Assembly (NCBI GenBank): GCA_051294375.1
Contig: JBJCIZ010000239.1
Coordinates: 601,178-665,177, forward strand
Reading direction: 5' to 3'
Origin: Paraspadella gotoi
Lineage: Eukaryota > Animalia > Chaetognatha
Length of the DNA stretch: 64,000 bases
Shown: piece by piece, positions 53,606-64,000 of the stretch
How positions within the stretch are numbered: the first letter of the stretch is position 1
How the letters are laid out: every line of letters starts with the position of its first letter
Notes under the pieces: generated by a model
Seen by the model: only the letters and a program-made list of their open reading frames with translations
What the model was told of the DNA's origin: nothing
The model's database searches: none
Translations under genes and position numbers: made by a program

Positions 53606-54569
53606 TCACTCTTACAAGATAATAACATGGAATGACCCAGCAAGCTTTCAATCAAGACTCTCTCACAGTCTCGTTTATTCACTTATTCATCATTCATTTC
53701 CATATCCATGAAATAGTCGATTTTGTCTATTTTGTTGAAAATTTAATATAGAAACGTTTTCGTGGCCGAGGTGGACAAAAGCGCAAAGCGAGGTTCGCTC
53801 TTCGTTACGTGAAAAAAGCAAGGAGAAAATATTTAGGAATTAAACCCCATTACATTTTTTTTTTAAAGGAAAGAACTTTAATTACCTTAATTACCAAAAT
53901 TAAAGAGCCTATCTTCCCTGACCCTTGGCCATTGGAAATTCTTCGACACAAACGTTTTTCCATTGTTTATTAACGATCTTATCATTACAAAGAATAGTAT
54001 CAAGCAATTAGTAGTGCGTTTTTGTATTATTTTTTTGAACTTTTAAATCCCACTAAGAATTGCTTAAAACTAAATCATCATCTCCAGAGCGCGTGAAGTC
54101 TCTTCAACAACTCTCGAAGAATAATTTTCCTTGAGGGACTCGATCAAAGAACCAACCCTGTGTTGATTCGGTCAAGACTCAATAAAATATCCTACAATGT
54201 TTTTTTCAACAAATGGAACATTTCCGTTAATCTCTAATCGGCTTAACATTCGTGTTACGGCGTCATCAAAACGAAACGATTTTAATACCTTCCCAGCATT
54301 TTGTACCCTACCACCCTTAACTACCCCTTAACCACTATAAACCCCCCCCCCAACCTTCCCCCCCTACCGGCCGTAAATTTTACGAGCGCCAACTTCCGGT
54401 TTTACGATTTCGCGACGCAATGACTTCGCCGATCGTCGCGCGGGTAAAAAAAAACTAAAAAACTTGACGTTCGACATTTCGTCTTGTATTTTCTGTTTCT
54501 TAAATGTTTCCACTTTCGTGCTTTTCTTTCTCCGTTTCTTTCTTTCTGATTCTCTGTTTCTTTTTTTTA

Positions 54570-54940
54570 GTTGCGCCGCGAGTACTCGGGGAACAACTCT
54601 ATAAGTCACATTTCGGTTGGCCTGTCGGTCGGTCTGTCGGTATGTTGGTCGGTATGTCTGTCCATCGGTCTGTCCCACTTAGATTAAAAATGCATATAAT
54701 TGGCCTATAGATGGTTGCTCATTTGTTAAGACAGGAAAAAACCTCAAATCTAAGGGACTGCTAGCGCCACCCTCAGAAATCCTAAAACTAAAATACAATA
54801 AAAGACGGAATTTCGATGCAGTGCATGTCATAAATCAAGGGCTGAGAAAGATTTTTTAGTCATGTCATGTCACGTCATATCATATGATCAAAGGGAAAAT
54901 AAAGTCGCCGCGACGCAACACATTGGAACCACCGTACTTT
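54570..54940 (+). mobile_element. HINE family copy
   Basis: TTTTTA-GTTGCGCCGCGAGTACTCGGGGAACAACTCTATAAGTCAC, GTCGGTCT repeats, ends CGCGACGCAACACATTGG...TACTTTTT. Confidence 0.7.
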
Positions 54941-55132
54941 TTCGTTTCTTTTTCTGTTTCTTTCTTTCCATGAATTATTTTCTTCATTAATTTTTTTTAA
55001 ACTTTACAATCACATGTCTTTTTTCTTCATGTTTATATTTTTGCTTTTTTTTCCTTTTTTTCATATTTCGTATTTTCTTTTCCTTTCTTTCTTTTTTATT
55101 TTCCTCGTTACTACACATTCTCTTTCTCTCCT

Positions 55133-55205
<73 letters not shown>

Positions 55206-55964
55206 TTTACTGTGAGAAAAGAAATGGCAATAAACTTTTTCATTCAGGATATCCCACGGAGTCCAAGTAGGCATTTCCGTTCTCGTCAATTTTTTTATGT
55301 TTATTTACGTAAAATAATCAAATATATTCCGTACTGTTAATTTCGAATATTCTCGATTCTACAGAGATTTAAATGTGACAACAGTGCTCACTGTGATAGC
55401 TCCACTCCTCGACAGTCGACATTCATACGTCGCGTAATGAGTCACACCTTTGCGTCGTGACAGCGTGACATTTCGCCGTCGTTGACACCTTTTCGTTTCG
55501 TGGCAAACAGACAGGAATACAAATTATCGATACGGATTCGATTTGATTAAGAGTTTTTTTTTTTTGAAAACTGGATGCTTCGATAATTTTCGTGACCGAA
55601 AACAGAGGAGAGACCTCGTTAGTAATTAAAAACATTGATTAATGACTCTCTCTCCTAATCTCTTTATCTCTTTTAAATTGAAATTTACGAACTTGATTTT
55701 TTTTGGGGGCCTTTTTTTTTTTAAATAACATTTTTTTTTCCCGAAACTGCTAATTTGTCGGACTAATGACTGCTATATAATTCTCATTTCGCCGTGGCGG
55801 ACTAAACTAAATTGCGTCAAATTTGTGGTTTTAATTTTTTAAAAAAATATATATTTAATTGAATAAAAAAAAAAGGTTTTTTCTTATTCTTCCTGTACCT
55901 CCGGGCGAACACACGCGAGATTCCTTAGCGCGATTAAGAACAACCAAGAGCGGTGCGATTCCAG

Positions 55965-56292
55965 GATGCTGCGACGCAGAGACTGTCGGTCGGTCTGTCG
56001 GTCGGTCTGTCGGTCGGTCTGTCGGTCGGTATGTCTGTCCGTCGGTCAGTCCCACCCACGTTAAAAACGCACAGCTAGCGCCGCATTCAAGAAATCCTAA
56101 AACTATAAAGAATAAAAGACGGAATTCAGATGCAGTGAGTGTCTAAACACACAGACTAAAGAAAGTTATCGTATTCATGTCGTCAGGTCATTTCGCGTCA
56201 TGTCATGTCGTATCACGTCATGTCATGTCACGAGAAATACACGTGAAAATAAAGTCTCTGCGGCGCAACACATTGGACGAACCGATCTTGTT
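55965..56292 (+). mobile_element. HINE family copy, 5' end diverged
   Basis: (CTGTCGGTCGGT)n, shared internal GCTAGCGCC...GAAATCCTAAAACTA, (CATGT)n, 3' CTGCGGCGCAACACATTGG. Confidence 0.65.
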
Positions 56293-56879
56293 ATCATTTA
56301 ATCCTTTAGCACTTTGAGGCATTTCCAGGAAATCCTGTGCCTAAAAAAGTAAAAGGCATTATACAATATAATATTATAATATACATATATTATAAGCTGA
56401 GACGATGAGACATATCTTCACGCCTTACAGATTAACAGATAAAGGGATGTACAGACGGACTGAAAATAAATCTTAAGAGGTGCTCGCCGCTTAGCGAGCA
56501 CTCGCGGCGAAACGCAAAAGACCATCTGAACTCGACAGAAGGAAAGGTCGATAAGGTGCTTTCATTTTGCCGCCGCCGCCGCCGCTTTAACCGCCGCCGC
56601 CGCCGCCGCGTCGCCGCTGCCTCTTGTCACTAACGAGGCCAAATTACGATTTTCTTATCTTTTATCTCAAAATTAAAAGATTAAATGCAAACAGCGGAAT
56701 GAGTTTCCTTCGTAGATTTTGCTTTTCCTCTTGAAAATCGAAACTCGAAAAAAGTTTAGCAGGGGGAAAAAAAATTAAAATTTTGGTGAATCGGTGATAA
56801 GGTGCTGTAGTAATTCGGTGATTTGGTGATGACCTGATTCGGTGATTCTTTGATGAAGTGAGTCTGTGATTCGGTGATT

Positions 56880-57062
56880 GTTATTCGGTAATTGGTAATT
56901 GTGATTGGTAGTTGGTAATTGGTAATTGTAATTGGTAATTGTGATTGATAGTTGGTAATTGGTAGCTGGCAATTGGTAATTGTAATTGGTAATTTATTTG
57001 GTAATTGTGATCGGTAGTTGGTAGTTGTTAATTGGTAATTGTAATTGGTATTTGTGATTCGG
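56880..57062. repeat. Degenerate (TTGGTAA/TTGTAA)n tandem repeat
   Basis: Direct inspection. Confidence 0.85.
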
Positions 57063-57575
57063 TTATTTTGTGCTTGGGTGGTTCAATGATTCAATGATTA
57101 GTATATTTGGTAAATATGTGAAGAGAAGATTAAACAATTTGGCGAATTTGTGTAAACTTAACAATTTCACATTAAACATTGAATGATAAGGCGTAAATTC
57201 TATCGGATAAATGTTTAAAGTGAAACAATAAAGCGGGAGGGAGAGAGACAGGGGAGGGGAGAAGGAGGGGACAGGGAAGGGGAGGAGAGAGGGAAAGGTG
57301 AGAGGAGACGGGAGAGGCGGAGGGCAAGGATAAAATAAAGTGGAAAAGATTAAACAAAGGAAAAGTGAGGAGGAAAGGAATAGAAGATAATTGGTTGTAC
57401 GAGAGAGAGAGAGAAGAAGAGAGGAGGAGAGAGAGAGATGAGATGAGAGAGAGAGAGAGAGAGGACGAGTGATGAGAGCAAGAAGTTGAGAGCGCGATAT
57501 TAATGAAGAATTTTACTGCGAGATTCCGGCGATTTCAATCTTACTCGATATTTTTTCTGAGGAGAGAGGAGAGAG

Positions 57576-57614
<39 letters not shown>

Positions 57615-58019
57615 AGAGAGAGAGCAATGACCCAGAGGGAAGATGAGAGGAGACAGAAGCGCCCTGTAGTAAATGAGGATCTCGAGGCTGAAAAGTCGTT
57701 TAGACTGCGTATTCGCGATTGTTTTGTCTTTATACTAAATTAACATTTAAATAATTTTTCAGCCTTTAGNNNNNNNNNNNNNNNNNNNNNNNNNNNNNNN
57801 NNNNNNNNNNNNNNNNNNNNNNNNNNNNNNNNNNNNNNNNNNNNNNNNNNNNNNNNNNNNNNNNNNNNNNNNNNNNNNNNNNNNNNNNNNNNNNNNNNNN
57901 NNNNNNNNNNNNNNNNNNNNNNNNNNNCAGGAATTTCTTTGTCTCTTTTTTCCAGTTTATTTCCTCGCGTCTTTTGTCTTTTCTTATCCCGCCCACTATT
58001 TTTTTTCTTTCTTTCTTTC

Positions 58020-58094
<75 letters not shown>

Positions 58095-59016
58095 TTTTTC
58101 TTTCTTTCTTTCTTTCTTTCTTTCTTTTTTTCTTTCTTTCTTTCTTTCAATTTAATGTCTTTCTCTTGACTTTTGTTTCCGCTTTCATCTATTATTTTGG
58201 AAAAAAAATACAAAGTTATAGAAGTATATAAATTAAAAAAAACAATTAACATATCATGTACACGAATATTTTACAATTGTTTATAATGAATTAATTTGAT
58301 TTATCGCCGATAAAATTTTACGTTTTCTGTTTTTAAATCAAATAAATTCGTTGTGAAAATCAAAATTCTCTGTTTCGTTTATAAATAATAAATAATAAAT
58401 ATTTTTTCTTTGGGCGCTTTTCTAAATTCGCCTCGGCCCTCCTTGTTCACGTGATCAACGCCTTTCGGTCACGTGACGAGAGAAGTTTTACGATCGACGT
58501 AAATAAAGGAAAGAAAAGGAAAGGAGGGAAAGTTTAAAACGGAAAAGGGGAAATGANNNNNNNNNNNNNNNNNNNNNNNNNNNNNNNNNNNNNNNNNNNN
58601 NNNNNNNNNNNNNNNNNNNNNNNNNNNNNNNNNNNNNNNNNNNNNNNNNNNNNNNNNNNNNNNNNNNNNNNNNNNNNNNNNNNNNNNNNNNNNNNNNNNN
58701 NNNNNNNNNNNNNNNNNNNNNNNNNNNNNNNNNNNNNNNNNNNNNNNNNNNNNNNNNNNNNNNNNNNNNNNNNNNNNNNNNNNNNNNNNNNNNNNNNNNN
58801 NAAAGAAAAGAAAAGAAAAGAAAAGAAAAGCGAAAAGAAAAGACGATGATTAAAGTTAAAAAGGTAAGGACGAACGGAAGGTAAGGAAGAGAAGCCGAGA
58901 TTTGGGTAAGGAGACATTGTTTGTTTTTCTTTCTTTGCGTTGCGTTATTTGTTTGAGGTAGAAAATGAATCGTTTGTTGACCTACTACGACTTTTTATTA
59001 TAAAACAGAAAGTTAA

Positions 59017-59051
59017 GACTTGTTTCGGCTTTAATGTAAGCCTTCATTCAG
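59017..59051 (-). ncRNA. Degenerate minimal hammerhead ribozyme motif
   Basis: Minus strand CUGAAUGAA GGCUU acauua AAGCC GAAAC AA GUC; 5-bp stem II; one extra A in the CUGA box, in an error-prone region. Confidence 0.55.
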
Positions 59052-59913
59052 CGCAAATGTAATTGAATTTGTAGCAGTTTGAAGTTGAGAGAGAGAGGAA
59101 AGAGACAATGGAGATGAGATGAGAGGATGAATGAGAAGTGAGAAGGAACGGTGGAAGATTAGGAATGGGGGAGGAGAAGGAGAAGAGAAGAGAGATGAAA
59201 AGGGAGAGTGAGGATGAGAGGTGAAGAGAGAGACGTAAGGGACTAAGAGGATAGGGGAGAAGAGAAGATGTGGTGGGTGACTACGATGAGAGGACGAACG
59301 ACACAGAATGTAGGGGAGAGAGGAGAGGAAAAGCGAGAGATAGAGAGGAGAGGGAGATGGAGCGGAGACAGGATAGGAGACGGAGGTGGAATTCGGGAAA
59401 GAGAGAGTGGAGGAGGAAGGGACGGAGAGAAGGGAATGACTGAGTACCGCTACAGAGATGAGATGAGCGAGATAGAGAAGAGAGTGAGAGGCGGGAGATG
59501 ATTGCGAGGAGTAGAGAGGAGAGGGGGACGAAACGATAGGAGGAGGGAAGACGAGGGAGAAGAGAGTGCGGGAGAGAGAGACTTGGACGCATGAAAAGAG
59601 GATGGAAGGAGAGATGGAGAGGAGAGAGAGAGAGGGTGAGGAGAGGCGGGAGGAGAGAGAGCGGAAGGGAGAGAGAGGATGGATAGTGAGAGAGGTGAGA
59701 GGGGAGCGACGAGAGGGGAGGCAGAGAGGTAGGATGAGAGAGAGAGGAGAGGAGAAGAGAAGGGAGATAAGGGAGATGTCGAGAGAGGGGAGAGATGAGG
59801 AGGAGAAGAAACGGGGAGAGTAGGGAGAGGGGAGGGGAGGAGAACGAGGAGAGCGATGGGGAGAGGAAAGAGGAGAGAGTGGAGAGAGAGAAGAGAGAGA
59901 GAGGAAGAGAGAG

Positions 59914-59944
<31 letters not shown>

Positions 59945-60154
59945 GAGATCGATGAGAGGGAAGGAGAGAGAGAGATAAGGATACAGAGGAGACGAACAGT
60001 AAGTTAAAGAATCAAAGGAGAGATGAAAACGAAATAGGGTTCATCCCAGAGGGCGAATTATCGCAGGGGCGTCGCGACGAGCCGAGGTTCTTCTGAAAGA
60101 TGAGATCGCTACCGGCCGGCGATGGAAACGCGAACGAAGAGCTAGCCAGCGAGC

Positions 60155-60410
60155 AACGGCGCCGTGATGTAATGGCGCTGCAGGGTGATGGCGCCGTGAT
60201 GTAATGGCGCTGCATCGCGATGGCGCCGTGATGTAATGGTGCCTTGAGCTATTGCGCCGTGATGTAATGGCGCTGCATGGCGATGGCGCTGTGATATAAT
60301 AGCAAAGCGAGCGATGGCGCCTTAATGTAATGGCGCCAAGATCTATGGCACCGTGATGGCGTCGTGATGTATTGGCGTCATGAGCTATGACGCCGTGATC
60401 ACAACGGCGC
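60155..60410. repeat. ~32-bp GC-rich minisatellite (ATGGCGCCGTGATGTAATGGCGCTGCA...)
   Basis: About 7-8 degenerate units, with starts near 60156, 60188, 60220 and 60251. Confidence 0.85.
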
Positions 60411-60881
60411 TAGAGACTGACGCCTCCTTTCTCTTGGTTGGCAACATAATGTGAAGGATAAAAGCGAGGCGTAAAATTCCGGGAGAAGGGAAATGTGAAA
60501 AAGTGAATCCTCATTTGAGGATGAAGTCGCGAGAGTTAAGGGGATCCGTGAAATCGCATTTCTCAGAATTAAATTTGTGAGCTGAGTTTTTATTTACGTT
60601 TTGTAGTGTGACTAATAAGCCTTTTACATTGGGATGTTTGTTAGGATTACACTTATTTACATTTAGCAGAATAAGGGGCAAGCATTTCTTGTCATCTTTT
60701 TATTAATACTATAAATGTCATTCGTCGATTTGTGAAATCAGTTTTTCTACTATTTGAAAAAAAAAATTAAATATTTAATATATTTTTGTGTCATCAATTT
60801 CTTTTACTTGCGGGACGCTAATCTACGTTTGGTGCTCCAAAGACCGCTTCGGGGGATCATTGCAACCGCTGCGGGGGTGTG

Positions 60882-60936
<55 letters not shown>

Positions 60937-61694
60937 ACCGAGATGAGAATTAATGGCCTCTCGTTGTTTTGAACATTAAACTCGTTTATTCTCTGTTGAC
61001 CGAACGCGATTGAAAATGGCCGAAACATTACGAGATTTATTCTTCTTTTTTTAGTAATTTTTTTTTTTGATAATGGAGGAAATAAGATTCGCTCCTAATA
61101 TTTAAAATCGGAATTATCAGCATAGTTATTTATCCAGGGCTTACTGTGACAGTTAGGAAAAAAAACTGTTTCCCTATCGTCAAATTTAATCCTTTTTTCA
61201 ACAAAAATAAATAATTTTTATTGTTTTTGACGAGAATTAATTATAACAAAGTCTTTGTAATCGCGACCTTGACAAAGCTCGCGACGACCAAACAATTAAA
61301 ATAAACAAAGTCTCAACAGGACAAATGAAAATGCAGACGATAATGACAGCGACGACGACGACGACGACGACGACCGAATTCTCAGAAATGTTTTCATTCC
61401 GCGAGAAAAGGAAACAAAGCGAAGTTTAGCTTGAGCTTCGGAAACCCGCTGAGGTAATTTCTACCCCCCGTTGGAGTTGTACCCCTCTCTCCGATTTGAG
61501 CGCCTGTGAAAACTCGGTCTCTCGGTCTCTCGGTCTCTCTCTCTCTTTCTCTCTTTCTCTCTCTCTCTCTCTCCTCTCTCTCTCCTCTCTCTTTATCTCA
61601 ATCTCTCTTCTTTCTCTCGCCATATGACTGCACAATAAAACATTACCAGTCGCCCCGTTTTTGGTTTTTTTTACATTTTTTCTCTTTCCGCTCA

Positions 61695-61780
61695 AAAAAA
61701 TTCTTAGCCCCAACTTAAGGATTCGAACCTCGGACCTTGGGACCCGGAATTTCGTCTCGAAGGGCGAATACGTCGACTTT
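61695..61780 (-). mobile_element. tRNA-derived SINE head remnant
   Basis: Minus strand GGTTCGAATCC Pol III B-box at 61719-61729; no complete cloverleaf. Confidence 0.4.
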
Positions 61781-62062
61781 TTGGTTGTGGTTGTTGTTGT
61801 AGTTGTTGTTCTTCTCTTTCAAGAATACGTTTTTCTTTCGGTTGTTTAATGTTTGTTTTGTTAACTATGACGAAAGTCTCTTTACTTTCCTTTAACTTAC
61901 CAAGTTATTTAATGCTTTGTTCAGTCTCACAACTATTACCTTTTTGATACATAATCATTATTTTTTAATATAAACTAATCTGTCGTTTTTATTGTTTGTT
62001 TTTTTTTGTTGTTTTTTTTTCAGTTGAAATCGAAGGCGATGTTGTTGTCGCCATCAAAATCT

Positions 62063-62103
<41 letters not shown>

Positions 62104-63149
62104 TCGTCCATCTCCGTATCCGTCCGACGATCGCTTTTCATAATCGTGTTTATTTTGGTTCTGGTATGAAAACCCTTTTCATCCCCTTTTCTTTTCTCTT
62201 TTCTCTTCCTTTATTTTCCCTTTTTTCTTTTTCCTTTTTTTTTCCTTCCATCGACGCCCGAGAACAAAAGATCAATCCCCGTTTTGCGTCACGAGAAATC
62301 TACGTCGCCGTTTGATGCCATCGAAAAAAAAAAAAGAAAACAAAGATGCCATTTTTGAACGGATGCCGTCTCATTATCGGTTCTACGGCGCGTCGTAACT
62401 GGCGTAAATCTAATAAGAAAGTAGAGATTAAATTATATTAATTAGTAAGATTATTTATAACTGCATAACCTTTGAAATAGTATGGAGGAAGCCGGTAACA
62501 TCCAAAGGCTATCACAAAAAAAAAGACACTTTTTTTCTTAGCGATTGCCGGACCAATAATGTCAAAATGGTGTCCGAATGCCGTACTGATGCTGTCCAAC
62601 GCCGTACTAATTCCGTCCTACTTTTCCTTCAAACCAGCCACTCGAATTTTTTCGCTTCTTAATTTCCTCGCGTAACTAAATTCGATGCCCTGATTATATT
62701 CCGCCCCGTGACCTCGCCCGTGGTGTATCCATGCCCCATAGCGACGCCTTTCAATATTGTTCATTGCATGAAAAATTCCCCCTGCATGCCCTTGAATGCC
62801 CTGCGCCTTTAAATGGCCTCATTTAATAAAAAATGGGGGGCTTTGAATGCCGCGCCGAAAATCGTAAGAGGCATCGAGAATTCGTGCGGGTGGAAAAGAA
62901 AAGAAAAAATGAATCTAATGTTGGCAACCGGGTTTTGGTTTCTATTGAAATTTTTATTTTTTTATTTTTATTAAAATGTTAGTTCTTTTATAAATTTGTT
63001 TTCGGCGTGCCATGGAAATTCTGTGAATATGGATCCATGAAAGAGAGAAAAACCCGCATCTACATTTTGACATCTATCAAGATACTATTACTTTTACAGA
63101 AGTACAATTAACAAATTGAAATGTATAATTTCGATTGAGTAATGAACTT

Positions 63150-63186
63150 ATAAGTTTCGACGAAGCCTTTGACGGCCTTCTTCAAA
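63150..63186 (-). ncRNA. Highly degenerate hammerhead-like remnant
   Basis: Minus strand UUGAAGAA GGC...GUC GAAAC UUAU; the core C3 is mutated. Confidence 0.3.
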
Positions 63187-63527
63187 GATTGAAGCGAACA
63201 CTGTGGAAGCGCATGCTTTAATTGGCAGCGGCAATGAAAGCCGAAAATGATTTGCTTATATTAATTTCAGTCAATACAAATGAGACAAAGACATTTTTTT
63301 AAATTTTTTTAAGTAATCACAAATTTAACTTGCGGACTAAAATAGAATTTTTTAAACGAAGAGTAATATAAAATTAAACTTAAAATTTATAATTATTTTA
63401 ATGATATGAGTTTATTTTAAATATTTATTAACAATTAAAATGCTAAAAGGATTACTCTGCAATATGCAAATGAGATTTTTGAATCGTTATCATTTTTTGT
63501 AATTGAATATTTGTCGGAAATGCGTTT

Positions 63528-63566
<39 letters not shown>

Positions 63567-63767
63567 AGAGAAGAGATATATGCTAAAAGGAATTACTTAC
63601 TGAGCAAATATGCAAATGGAGATTTTTGAATCGTTATACCCATTTTTGGTATATTGTAATATAGTATTTGTCGGAAAATGCGTTTATATTCTCTCATCTT
63701 CTCTTCGTCTCTCCTCTGCTCTCTTCGTCTGCGGTCTCTCTCCCACATCTCTGTGCTCTCTCTCGTC

Positions 63768-63798
<31 letters not shown>

Positions 63799-64000
63799 AC
63801 CAACATTAGATGTTAATTAAATACATTTAAATGTATTGAAAAGAATTATATATAAATAAAATCTTACAAACCGGATCACGTCATCTTAATTATCATTCAA
63901 AGTGTTTCATCCTCAAGATCCTCAACTCTTTAAATTAAAAAGTGAAAGGGAATGCTCTCTGCTCTCTCATCTCTCTCTCTCTCTCTCTCTCTCTTCCACT

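Noticed and set aside
53761-53810. Pol III A/B-box-like pair (TGGCCGAGGTGG ... GGTTCGCTC)
   Set aside because: Spacing is too short and the B-box is degenerate; at most a SINE remnant.
60155-60410. CRISPR-like ~32-bp periodicity
   Set aside because: Head-to-tail degenerate units without unique spacers, no cas genes, eukaryotic context.
61695-61780. Functional tRNA gene
   Set aside because: A B-box is present, but no acceptor stem or cloverleaf can be built.
63430-63800. Short tandem duplication
   Set aside because: The second copy is an insertion-rich version of the first, matching the artefact pattern elsewhere.

Overview
Eukaryotic (invertebrate-like), AT-rich, extremely microsatellite-rich draft assembly with many N gaps. 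Nearly all ORFs in the track are artefacts of gaps or low-complexity repeats. One real protein-coding gene is supported: a + strand, multi-exon heparan sulfate glucosamine 3-O-sulfotransferase (HS3ST3/Hs3st-B-like). Its probable first coding exon is 2187-2788 and its catalytic exons are 9612-9782, 35766-35908, 36881-36966, 37872-38033 and 39243 onward, with phase-compatible GT-AG introns. Several segments, including the 3' exons, occur as indel-rich tandem or inverted copies. Four of the five gaps of exactly 25 N sit at or near these duplications, which points to long-read gap-filling artefacts rather than real duplication. The non-coding DNA holds a multi-copy Helentron/DINE-1-like non-autonomous element, a pearl-like tandem array ending in (GACG)n, a MITE with telomere-like internal repeats, and minimal hammerhead-ribozyme motifs. 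One hammerhead sits in the loop of a perfect 46-bp inverted repeat inside a 168-bp insertion bounded by a 12-bp direct repeat; this is the most unusual structure seen. I found no convincing evidence for a wholly new multi-gene system.
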